Source of the DNA: Candidatus Xenobia bacterium
GTDB lineage: Bacteria > Vulcanimicrobiota > Xenobia > Xenobiales > QWHO01
Direction of reading: 5' to 3'
Assembly: GCA_045863235.1 (NCBI GenBank)
Contig: BTUM01000094.1
Location: 1 to 28,783 of the forward strand
DNA: 28,783 nucleotides
The notes beneath the pieces were generated by a model. That model was given only the letters and a program-made list of their open reading frames with translations. It ran no database searches and was not told where the DNA came from. Positions 7,802 through 17,331 of this stretch are shown here, in pieces. Positions within the stretch are counted from its first letter, which is position 1. Every line of letters starts with the position of its first letter. The position numbers and the translations under genes are program-made.

Positions 7802-8732
7802 TCAGGCCGAGAGCGCACCCTCGGGGAAGATCGAGAAGCTCAGCCTGTGCTCACCGACCTGGCTGTCCACCTGGACCGCCGCCTTCTCGGGGATCTGCTC
7901 GTAGCGGGTGGTGAAGGCCACCTGCTCGCGGGCCTGGCCGCGCGTCAGCTCCAGGAAGCCCTGAGCCGTGACCACGTTCTTCTCCACCGTGTAAGGGGTG
8001 GCTTTCACGGCCAGGCTCTCCTGCTTGTCGCGCAGGACCTGGCTGGCGCCTCCCTCCTCGGCCCGATAGATCTCGGTGTAGCCCCAGCCCTCGCGGTTGT
8101 TGGAGGAGACCGTCCAGGTGGTGGTGCTCCAGTTGGTGCGGCGGTCCACCTGCAGGTCCCCGATCTTGCCGCTCACGGCGTAGAAGTCATCGTGGACCAG
8201 GGGTGCTGGCGGTGGGGAACTGGCCTGCCATCATGTTCATCTGCACGCCGTCGCCACCGAAACTGGGAGTGAGCGTGACCTTGCTGCCCCAGGTCATCGT
8301 GTGCTGGCCGCGCTCCTTCAGCTCGTCGGTCAGCGGCGTCTCGCGGACCTCACGGACCGTCTGGAGCTTGAGCTCTTCTGGCTGCCCACCCACGGTGCCG
8401 GTCAGCCGGGCCATCTGCTCGCGGGTCACGGCCCCGCCCACTCCAAAGAAGCTGCCTCCCGATCCCTCGCCCTGCACGGGCTCGATCTTCTCCTGTACCT
8501 GAAGGCCGGCAACGACACCCTCCACCTTGACCGAGCCATCGGTCTGGCGGGAGTAGGTGAGATGGATCCGCTCGCTGCCGTCGAGCTGGCCGCTGAGCGT
8601 GACCCGCTCGGGCTTCTCGTTGAAAGCCTGGATCTTGAAGATCTGACCCACCACGCGACCCACCATCGGGTCGTGGTTGGGCAACAGGGCGGCTTGCATC
8701 GGCGTGAGCCTTGCGCTGACTGGGCTAGACAT
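7802..8732 (-). pseudogene. Beta-rich repeat hypothetical protein split by a 1-nt frameshift (ORFs 8187..8732 and 7802..8176)
   Basis: Strong RBS GGAGGG before 8732; removing one C from a CCCC run (plus 8200-8203 or 8214-8217) gives about 309 aa continuing into LVHDDFYAVSGKIG; same repeat motif in both halves; no RBS before 8176. Confidence 0.65.
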
Positions 8733-8972
8733 GGGATATCCCCTCCAGATCGGTTGCTTTTTGTTTGTTGAGGCAGTCTAGCCAACCCGCGCGAGCAACT
8801 CCACGGGCAGAATGTTACCGTTTCGATCAAGAGCCCGGGCGGTGATCGGGAGCTGCAAGCGATGGCCTTCGGTCGCGGCTGTTCAGAAGGCGGCAACGCC
8901 CTGTTTACAGGATAGCAAGGAGACCCTGCTAGCCTGGGAGGGAGCCAGCGGCTCAGAGGGGACGGAAACAGC

Positions 8973-9908
8973 GTGAAACACCAGACACTGATGGCAGCCC
9001 TGTTCATCTTGTTGGGAACCCTGGCCACCGGCTGGAGACTGGGCGAGGCCCACGCCGCCAGCCAGCGCGCCGACGCCCGCCGCGAGCTGGCGGCCGCCCT
9101 GACCCGCAACCAGGCCATGCGCGACGAGTGCTTCCACAATCTTCGGAACCAGTTCACCCCCGGATACCGCGGCAGTCAGCCCCTGATCTGGCTCGACCAG
9201 GGACGAGCCCAGATCGATACCAGGCAGGGTCAGATCTTTGCCACCCAGACTCCCACCTTCCTCGCCATCAACGGCCCCGGCTTCTTCCTGGTGGGCCCTC
9301 CCGAGGCCCCGGTCTACACCCGGGACGGGCGCTTCACCTTGCGCGACGGCGTCCTCTGTGACAGCCTGGGCCGGGCTTTGCTGGGATATCTCCCTCAGCA
9401 GCCTGGACGGCTGGTGGCCTTCCCCCGCCAGAGCTCCGACCAGCGCTATTTCACCAGTCTGCGCTTCGACGAGACGGGAGTGGCCTTCCGCGACCTGGTC
9501 CGGTGCGATCCGCTCACCGGCCAGCCATTCACGGACAGCGTTCCCATCTTCACCGTGGCTCTGGCCAGCTTCCCCAACCCCCAGATGTTGGTGCGCTCGG
9601 GCGACACCGGCTTTCTTCCTGGCAGTCAATCCGGCCAGCCCTCGATTGGAACGGTGCTGCCTCATCTGACCCGGGGGGTGGTGGTTCCAGGCAGTCTGGA
9701 GCTGGCCAACGTGGACTTCCAACAGCAGTCGCTCTGGCTCGCCGCCCTTCGCTCCCAGGCCGGCCTGCTCGGCGAGCCAGCGCCTGCGCCCGTGGCCCCG
9801 GCTCCCGACCAGGCGCCGGCCCACTTCATGATGCCGGGGGCCGATCCGCTGCAACTGGCCCCCAATCCCATGCTCGCCCCCCTCATGATGCAGGGCGCCT
9901 CAAGATGA
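8973..9908 (+). CDS. Flagellar hook/basal-body rod (FlgE/FlgF/FlgG)-family protein, atypical
   Basis: NLRNQFTPGYR (cf. NxANxxTPGFK), LAINGPGFF, YTRDGRF, VALASFPNPQML, GSLELANVD; GAGGGG RBS; hydrophobic N-terminus and Pro-rich C-terminus. Confidence 0.8.
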   Translation: MKHQTLMAALFILLGTLATGWRLGEAHAASQRADARRELAAALTRNQAMRDECFHNLRNQFTPGYRGSQPLIWLDQGRAQIDTRQGQIFATQTPTFLAINGPGFFLVGPPEAPVYTRDGRFTLRDGVLCDSLGRALLGYLPQQPGRLVAFPRQSSDQRYFTSLRFDETGVAFRDLVRCDPLTGQPFTDSVPIFTVALASFPNPQMLVRSGDTGFLPGSQSGQPSIGTVLPHLTRGVVVPGSLELANVDFQQQSLWLAALRSQAGLLGEPAPAPVAPAPDQAPAHFMMPGADPLQLAPNPMLAPLMMQGASR

Positions 9909-10012
9909 CTCCCCCCCGTTGGGAGCCGAGGCGGGTTGGCCTGAGCGATCTGGCGGTACGGTAACTTCCCGGCAAACACCTGCCCGGTGACCTGACGTCC
10001 TAATAGGGTATC

Positions 10013-10462
10013 TTGAACACCAACCAGATCTATACAGCCAATCTTCCCGCGGCGGGCCGGGCCTACGGGCTCGACCTGGACGCCAACCTCGAATTCGACC
10101 ACCACCACGACGCCGTGCTGGCCTTCGACCTGGCCGGCGACGGGGTCGTCTCCGAGCTCGACGTAGAGCTCAGTGGCCAGGCCCTGCGGGCCCTGGGAGG
10201 CGACTATGACCTCGACCAGGACGGCCAGCTCTCCTTCGACGAGGGCACCATCGGCTCACGCATGCATAGCGCTGCCCAGAGCTGGGATCGCGACCATGAC
10301 GGGGTGCTCTCGGCCGAGGAGCTGAAGCGGGCCCGCGCGCGCGTGCTGGTGGACGGCAGGGTCTACAGCCCCGAGGCTTTCCCCCTCCCGGACGGAACCA
10401 CTGGCAGCCTGGCTCGGGTCGATCCCCGCTATCACTGCTCCTGGGTGGCCAGCGACCGGTAG
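10013..10462 (+). CDS. EF-hand-like calcium-binding protein
   Basis: Three DxxxDG loops: DLAGDGVVSELD, DLDQDGQLSFDE, DRDHDGVLSAEE; TTG start; 31-bp convergent overlap with the AKR gene. Confidence 0.7.
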   Translation: MNTNQIYTANLPAAGRAYGLDLDANLEFDHHHDAVLAFDLAGDGVVSELDVELSGQALRALGGDYDLDQDGQLSFDEGTIGSRMHSAAQSWDRDHDGVLSAEELKRARARVLVDGRVYSPEAFPLPDGTTGSLARVDPRYHCSWVASDR

Positions 10463-11742
10463 ACGGCCAGCGGGTCGGGAGGGGGCTCCCACTCCATCAC
10501 CGGGCAGGCGTCTTCCACATAGCGTTGCTGGCGCATGCCCACCAGGACGGTGGTCACGCCTGGCGTTCCCAGCACGGTCCAGAGGGCTTTCTGGGACAGG
10601 CTGGCCCCCGGGCGAGCGGGCAGCTTCTCGTGCAGAACCTGATTGCGGTTGCGACTGATCCGGGCCGAGAGGCGACGGATTTCGAGCAACACAGCGTGGA
10701 AAGCCTCCAGGTAGCGCTCGCGCCAGCTCCTCTCCATCCGTTCCGCGAGGCGGTCCAGAGTGTCCAGCGTGTAGGGCCAGAGCTGGTTCTGCTCGACCTC
10801 GGTCCAGTCCGAATAGGAGAGGGGGCTGGCGGCCACCCTCTCGAGCTCGCCCGCCATCTGCACCGTGTCCGGGCTCTCCAGCGAACGTAGACGCTCGAGC
10901 AGCTCGCTCAGCGACTCCGGCCCCGCTCCCAGCTCAGGCGGGTCAGCCAGACGCAGCAAGCTGCGCCCCTTGAAGGCGTTCAGGGGTCGGTTGATCAAGA
11001 CTCCCAGGTTGGCTTCCCCGGCCAGCTCCAGCACCGACTTGCCGGCGTGATGGCGAGCCAACGCCCCTTCCGATTCGATCAAGTTCATGGGAAGTTGCAG
11101 CACCCGGAAGCCTTCCCCCGCCTGCTCGAGCATGCGGGGCAGCGAGGTGGACTCGGGGTCGGAGGGCGGGTCCGCCACGGTGTTGGAGGAGACCCCGTAG
11201 CAGCCGATCCGCCCTGCCGCCACCTGGCTCTCGAGATAGGCAAACGAGGCTTTGAGGCGGCGGTAGAACTCTTCTTTGACGTCCTGACCGCGGTGGGCCG
11301 CCTCCATCAGGAAGTACTCGGGGTTGTGCAGCAAGCAGACATCCAGGCGCTCGAGGCCCAGCCGGTCGAGTGAGCGCTGCAGCTGGTCCTCCAGAAACTC
11401 GGGGTGGATGCAGTGCCAGCAGCCCGGAGAGTATTCCACGACTTCGGGGAAGGGCTTGCCCTGAAGCTTGCGCTGGCGAGCCAGGCGCAGGTTGCTGCCC
11501 TGCACGTAGCCGATCTTCGAGACCACCACCAGGCCCTCTCGCCCTCGCTCGGCGAGCACCTGGCCCACCAGCCGCTCGCTGGAGCCATCGGTATAGTTGG
11601 TGGAGGTGTCGATCAGGTTGACCCCCCGGTCCAGGGCGGCCAGCAGAGCTTCCCTCTGGGCCGGGCTGTGCTCGTCCACCCGGTAGCATCCGAAGCCGAG
11701 CGGGGAGACCTCGAGCCCGGTCGAGCCCAGGCGGCGCTTCAA
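10432..11742 (-). CDS. Aldo/keto reductase family protein
   Basis: RRLGSTGLEVSPLGFG, GVNLIDTSTNYTDGSSE, VVSKIG, SLDRLGLERLDVCLLHNPE; TTG start at 11742 overlaps the upstream TGA (TTGA coupling); the longer ORF extension to 12336 is a shadow. Confidence 0.9.
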   Translation of the reverse strand: MKRRLGSTGLEVSPLGFGCYRVDEHSPAQREALLAALDRGVNLIDTSTNYTDGSSERLVGQVLAERGREGLVVVSKIGYVQGSNLRLARQRKLQGKPFPEVVEYSPGCWHCIHPEFLEDQLQRSLDRLGLERLDVCLLHNPEYFLMEAAHRGQDVKEEFYRRLKASFAYLESQVAAGRIGCYGVSSNTVADPPSDPESTSLPRMLEQAGEGFRVLQLPMNLIESEGALARHHAGKSVLELAGEANLGVLINRPLNAFKGRSLLRLADPPELGAGPESLSELLERLRSLESPDTVQMAGELERVAASPLSYSDWTEVEQNQLWPYTLDTLDRLAERMERSWRERYLEAFHAVLLEIRRLSARISRNRNQVLHEKLPARPGASLSQKALWTVLGTPGVTTVLVGMRQQRYVEDACPVMEWEPPPDPLAVYRSLATQEQ

Positions 11743-12245
11743 GAGCCGAACTTGACGGGAGGCTCGGGCGGAGGCTGCGCCGGCGCTTGACCGCCACCCC
11801 GCAGCTTCTTCCACAGCATCGCGCCCACGGCCACGGGTGCAGCCACTATGGCAGGCAGGGCCAGAGCCGTCATCACGGGCAGGCTGGCTCCGCCGATGGC
11901 AGCGGCCATGGTGGCGGTCAGGCTCAGAGCCCCGACCCGGGCCAGCTTGTCCCCGGTGGAGCCGCGCCAGAGGCCGCCTTTGCACAGGAAGATGCCCACC
12001 GCCACGGGAGCCGCCAGCACGCCCAGGCCCAGCAGGCCGGTCACGGTGCTGCCCAGCCCCACCAGCTGGGCCACCCCGCTGGCGGTGGCGCTGACGGCGG
12101 CCACCCGAGCCAGCCTGTCGCCCCAACCGGACTTCTGGGCGGGCTGGTAGCCGTCCACGGGCTGGCCAACGACGCTCTTCCGGCCCTCGGCGGCCTTCGG
12201 AAGGGCGGGCAGGGCCGGGTTCAGACGGAGGGGATTCACGTCCAT
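11739..12245 (-). CDS. Hypothetical membrane protein (about 4 TM) with Pro-rich termini
   Basis: 168 aa; duplicated unit GDRLARVAAVSATA / GDKLARVGALSLTAT, each followed by hydrophobic segments; coupled to the AKR gene. Confidence 0.7.
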   Translation of the reverse strand: MDVNPLRLNPALPALPKAAEGRKSVVGQPVDGYQPAQKSGWGDRLARVAAVSATASGVAQLVGLGSTVTGLLGLGVLAAPVAVGIFLCKGGLWRGSTGDKLARVGALSLTATMAAAIGGASLPVMTALALPAIVAAPVAVGAMLWKKLRGGGQAPAQPPPEPPVKFGS

Positions 12246-12345
12246 TCAGACGGTGATTCGGGGTAGACCGGGCGGGTCCCTCGCAAAGACCCGGGTGCGT
12301 GCTTCTCAGGGAACTGGAGCGCAGGTTTGTCGGCAATGCCTCATG

Positions 12346-13494
12346 TTAACCCCCGCCTTTGAGCACCACCTCGCGCACGTAGCGCTCGAGCTCGGCCCGG
12401 TGCTCCTTGCGGTAAGCGGGATAATCCTCCACGATACCCTCCCTGGCCATCCCCAGCAGGATGAAGGCCTCCAGCAGGCCGGCCTGGTTGAGCCTGTGCA
12501 AAGTCAGCAGAGTCTTGTCGGGGGGGATGTTGCCCTCGGAGGCGGTGTTGAGAGCCACCCGGATGGCGCTGGCTTCCTCCTCCAGGCTGGGCCGGTAGGG
12601 CTGCCCGGGATGGTAGCGAGCCCACTTGCCCGACTGCCAGTCGCTGCGCTCGAAGGCGTAGGCCAGCCAGGCCGGACCGGCGCTGGGAGCGACGTGCAAC
12701 TTGCTGGCCTTGACCTCCACCGGAATGTCCACCCGGGGATGAGCGAGCACCACTCCCTGCTGCTTGGCCCAGCCGATCAGCCCGTTGCGCGACAGGCGGG
12801 CGTAGGGCTCGCACAGATAGGCCTCGATGTACCTGGGCAGGGCCAGCTCAGCTTTGCCCGCGGCCATGAGCGAGTTGCCCCAGTAACGATGAGCCGCCTC
12901 GCGCTCGGGAGCGATGGCCACCGCCCGGGCATACCATTCGTCGGCCTGGCTGAAGGCGCTCTCCAGCCGATAAGTCTGGCCGATGTAGAGGGCCGCTTCG
13001 TAGAGGGTAGGATCGGCCTGGAAGGCTTCCTGGTAGGCGGCCCGCGCCTCGGCGTAGCGACGGGCGGCGAAAGCGGTCTCGGCCCGTTGCATGGCCTCGT
13101 CAGCTTTGGAGTTGGCCGAGAAGACCGGCTCTTCTCCGCCATCGGCGGCCAGGCTCTCGAGGGCGGCGGTCAAAAGCGAGTCGCGCACCCCCAGCCGGTC
13201 GGCCTCCACCAGGGCCTCGCGCGCTCTGGCGCGCTGGGCCTTGCGAAGGGACTTATCGGTGAGGGTGTTGGCCTGGACCAGCCGACAGAAGCCCAGCTTC
13301 AACTGTACCTGACCATCAGACGGATTTTCCGCCGCCAGCTCCTCCAGGAGCGGCAGAGCCTCCACGAAACGGTTCTGCTCGCACAACTCGAAGGCTTGCT
13401 GACGCTTGTCCTGAGAGAGCGCGGGCATGAGCAGCAGGGCCAAGATCAGCAGCAGCCTCAGGACCTTGGAGCAATCGAGGGTGGGAAGGAACAA
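12346..13494 (-). CDS. Exported tetratricopeptide-repeat protein
   Basis: Signal-like LRLLLILALLLMPALSQD; TPR units (YAEARAAYQEAFQADP, ALYIGQTY...WYARAVAIAP); start uncertain. Confidence 0.8.
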   Translation of the reverse strand: MFLPTLDCSKVLRLLLILALLLMPALSQDKRQQAFELCEQNRFVEALPLLEELAAENPSDGQVQLKLGFCRLVQANTLTDKSLRKAQRARAREALVEADRLGVRDSLLTAALESLAADGGEEPVFSANSKADEAMQRAETAFAARRYAEARAAYQEAFQADPTLYEAALYIGQTYRLESAFSQADEWYARAVAIAPEREAAHRYWGNSLMAAGKAELALPRYIEAYLCEPYARLSRNGLIGWAKQQGVVLAHPRVDIPVEVKASKLHVAPSAGPAWLAYAFERSDWQSGKWARYHPGQPYRPSLEEEASAIRVALNTASEGNIPPDKTLLTLHRLNQAGLLEAFILLGMAREGIVEDYPAYRKEHRAELERYVREVVLKGGG

Positions 13495-13495
13495 C

Positions 13496-14287
13496 CTAGG
13501 CTCTCGGCTCGCGGGTCTTGAGGCGCACGCCGCCCACCTGGATGTGGCCCTGGCGCTCGGCGATGGCCACCGACTCGGGCTTCTCGGCCAGCTTGAACAC
13601 CGAGTTGTAAACCTCGGCCTGGCGCTTGAGATGCTCCTCCACCAGCTGCGGTCCCTTCTCCATCCAGTGGGCCAGCACGTTGACGTCGCCCGGAGGGGTC
13701 ATCTGCATCAAGGTGGTCAGGGGCTTGTGCTGCATCGAATTGGCCGCGGTGATCAGGCCCAGGCCGGCGAACAGCGCTCCGGCGCAGCCCACCAGCCCGG
13801 CCGAGCCAGCTACCATGTAGGCCGGGATGGCCGCCATCCAGCTCAGCTGCGCCAGGGCCAGGCCTCCCGAGCTCATCCGATCCACCATCTTCTGGCTCTT
13901 CAGGCTGGCCTCCAGCGCCTTCTCGCGCCGCTGGAGCACCTCTTTGTCCTGGCCGCAAGCGGCCGTCTGCCAGGTGCGGTTCTCGGCCAGGGTATTGGTA
14001 TACTTGTCGTAGCGCTGTGGATCGAGCACCGGGAACTGGCCGGCCAGCACCATGCGCAGGTCGTTTCCGAAAGAAGCGGGCTTGACCTTGTCGGGGTTGC
14101 CCCCGGAAGCTCGGTAGACCTGGCTCCAGGTATCCAGCATCTGCTTGATCTCGGCCTGTTCCTTGGGGTCGGTGGCCCGAGCCTCTCTGGACTTGAGCTC
14201 TTCCACGATGAGACCCAGCTCGTAGCGGTTGCGCTCGAGCAGTGTGGTGCCCTTGCCGGGAGTGCTGACCAGGGGCGAGATGTTCAT
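13496..14287 (-). CDS. Hypothetical membrane protein (one hydrophobic hairpin) with C-terminal IQVGGVRL tag
   Basis: 263 aa from ATG 14287 (MNISPLVSTPG); the ORF extension to 14740 overlaps the MoaD-like gene and is rejected. Confidence 0.75.
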   Translation of the reverse strand: MNISPLVSTPGKGTTLLERNRYELGLIVEELKSREARATDPKEQAEIKQMLDTWSQVYRASGGNPDKVKPASFGNDLRMVLAGQFPVLDPQRYDKYTNTLAENRTWQTAACGQDKEVLQRREKALEASLKSQKMVDRMSSGGLALAQLSWMAAIPAYMVAGSAGLVGCAGALFAGLGLITAANSMQHKPLTTLMQMTPPGDVNVLAHWMEKGPQLVEEHLKRQAEVYNSVFKLAEKPESVAIAERQGHIQVGGVRLKTREPRA

Positions 14288-14293
14288 GGCCAC

Positions 14294-14328
14294 AGCATAC
14301 CGCCGAGCTTTGAAAGGATACTCAAAGC
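14294..14328 (-). promoter_or_regulatory. Leaderless -10 box TATGCT plus upstream palindrome
   Basis: Minus strand TATGCT-gtggcc-ATG; perfect GCTTTGA-N8-TCAAAGC inverted repeat at 14307-14328 (operator or terminator). Confidence 0.55.
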
Positions 14329-14334
14329 GGGCTG

Positions 14335-14627
14335 TCAGCCCCCGGCCATGGCACCCACCACCAGGAAGGGCTCCTTGCCGGCCACCACCGCCTCGGGCAG
14401 GGGAGCATCGGGTGATTCGTGGCTCAAATCCTCCTGACAGGCGTAAAACCTGACGAACGGACGGCGCTTGTGGGTCTCGTGGTCGCGGATGGTTCCGCGC
14501 AGGGCGGGAAAGCGAGCTTCCAGCGCGGTCAGCACCGAGCGTTGGGTGGGCGTGCCCTCCACCTCCAGCGAAACTTCCCCTTCCAGCCGCGCCAGGGTGC
14601 GCAGGTGCTGCGGCAACACCACCCGGA

Positions 14628-14631
<4 letters not shown>
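14335..14631 (-). CDS. MoaD/ThiS-family ubiquitin-like protein
   Basis: 98 aa; [14 protein letters not shown]...[12 protein letters not shown]...RPFVRFY...C-terminal AMAGG diglycine; ATGA overlap with the upstream gene. Confidence 0.9.
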
Positions 14632-15737
<1,106 letters not shown>

Positions 15738-15750
15738 GATCGTTGCTCCT

Positions 15751-17211
15751 TTACAGCGCGGTGGGGATGGATTGGGGGAAGCGAAACACGTTGGTGGGAT
15801 CGTAGCGTCGCTTGACCTCCACCAGCCGGGCCAGATTGCTGCCATAATAAGCCTGCAAGTAATCCTGCTGGGACTCGTCGATGAAGTTCTGGTAGCAAAA
15901 GCCCGAGGTGAAGGCGAGCATGGCCTGGTGGAACTCGTCCTGCCAGGCCTGGTTGAGGGCCACCACCTCGGGTGAAGTGGTGCCCAGCCAGTCCAGCTCG
16001 ATGCTGCTGATCAAGCTGGCCTGACGGTGGACGAAGGCGGTCGCGTCAGGGGCCAGTGCGGCCACCTCCTGGCCGGCCAGAAAGAACTTCCAGTTGGCGG
16101 CCGACCCGGTTCCCGGCCAGCGGCGCAGGTAGTCGAGGATGACCGCCGATCCCTCGGCGGGGATGGGAGCGAATGCGTAGCGCGAGCGCTCGTGGGAGTA
16201 GTCGCTGGCGTCGGGCTCGGCCAGAAAGTCCTGGCCGTCCCAGTAGGCCATTTCCTGAATCTGCTCGGACGCAGGGGCGGCCACCTGGAAGAAGGGCTCG
16301 AACAGGGCCCGCAGGTCGGTGGGGCTGCCCACCAGCTGGCCCAGGAGCTCCAGGCTCAGAGTGGTGCCATCGGTCGCCGCGGTCAGCTTGGCCCCCAGCT
16401 CGCGGGGCATCTGGGGAAGAAGCTCGAGGGCCAGAGGAAGCAGAGTCTCCAGCCGCTCGGTCCAGATGATCTGGTAGACGGTGACCCGATCCACCGGGTA
16501 GGTCTGGAAGAGGAACGAAGTGTTGATGCCGAAGTTGCCCCCTCCCCCACCCCGACAAGCCCAGAAGAGGTCGGGATTCTCGACCGCGTTCGCGCGCACG
16601 ATCTCCCCCGAGGCCAGCACCACCTCGGTCTCCAGCAGCTTGTCGCAGGTCAGCCCGTGCAATCGCATGTCAAAGCCGATCCCCCCTCCCAGCACCAGTC
16701 CGGCCACGCCCACCCTCGGACAGCGGCCATGGGGCAGGGCCACCGAGGCGGGGCGGAGCGCATCCTCCACGTTCTGGTTGCGCCCCCCACCCTGGACCCG
16801 GGCCACTCCTGAGACAGGGTCGAAGTCGACCTGATTCATGGTCGACAGATCGATCATCAGCCCGGTGGTGGTGGAGTAACCGGCGTAGGAGTGGCCGCCC
16901 GAGCGAGCCACCAGGGGAACCTGGTTCTCCTGAGCCCAGAGCAGGCTGGTGCGCACGTCCTCAGCCGATTGGCACTGAGCGATGGCCATCGGGAGCACGT
17001 TGGCAAAGCGCAGGTTCCAGGGCAGGGCGGCGTTCAGGTAGCCAGGCGAGTCGGGACGAAGCAGCGTGCCGCGAAGCGAAGCCGCCAGCTGGTCGAGGGG
17101 AAGCGGAGGAGCCAGGGCGGCCGGCGGAACGAGGGTGTCGCCACCGCATCCGGTGACACCCAGCACGCCCAGGCCGACCGAGGCTTTGAGAAAGTCTCGT
17201 CGGGAAAGCAT
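15751..17211 (-). CDS. Tat-exported (lipo)protein FAD-binding oxidoreductase, BBE-like family
   Basis: SRRDFLK twin-Arg motif plus TG|C lipobox; [45 protein letters not shown]...[27 protein letters not shown]-terminus. Confidence 0.92.
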   Translation of the reverse strand: MLSRRDFLKASVGLGVLGVTGCGGDTLVPPAALAPPLPLDQLAASLRGTLLRPDSPGYLNAALPWNLRFANVLPMAIAQCQSAEDVRTSLLWAQENQVPLVARSGGHSYAGYSTTTGLMIDLSTMNQVDFDPVSGVARVQGGGRNQNVEDALRPASVALPHGRCPRVGVAGLVLGGGIGFDMRLHGLTCDKLLETEVVLASGEIVRANAVENPDLFWACRGGGGGNFGINTSFLFQTYPVDRVTVYQIIWTERLETLLPLALELLPQMPRELGAKLTAATDGTTLSLELLGQLVGSPTDLRALFEPFFQVAAPASEQIQEMAYWDGQDFLAEPDASDYSHERSRYAFAPIPAEGSAVILDYLRRWPGTGSAANWKFFLAGQEVAALAPDATAFVHRQASLISSIELDWLGTTSPEVVALNQAWQDEFHQAMLAFTSGFCYQNFIDESQQDYLQAYYGSNLARLVEVKRRYDPTNVFRFPQSIPTAL

Positions 17212-17331
17212 GGAGGCGCTGGTTCGCAGTCCGCCCTCCGGGGCCCTTCGTTCACAACTTGGTAAACCCGTTCGCCACCTGGTTGGCTAAACTTCGTCGG
17301 GTGAACCACAGGAAGCAGTGAGAATGCACAC

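Noticed and set aside
9960..10000. GGCAAAC / GGTAAAC (also 17261) as c-di-GMP-I riboswitch
   Set aside because: Lacks the GAAA-capped P2 stem and the downstream GCAAAGC element
12246..12262. CGAATCA upstream of 12245 and 20709, and CCTGATAA upstream of 24596, as sigma-28 promoters
   Set aside because: Partial -10 match only, with no TAAA -35 element at the expected spacing
11743..12336. N-terminal 198-aa extension of the aldo/keto reductase ORF
   Set aside because: Arg/Gly/Pro-rich off-frame read of the 11739..12245 gene; AKR homology starts at the coupled TTG 11742
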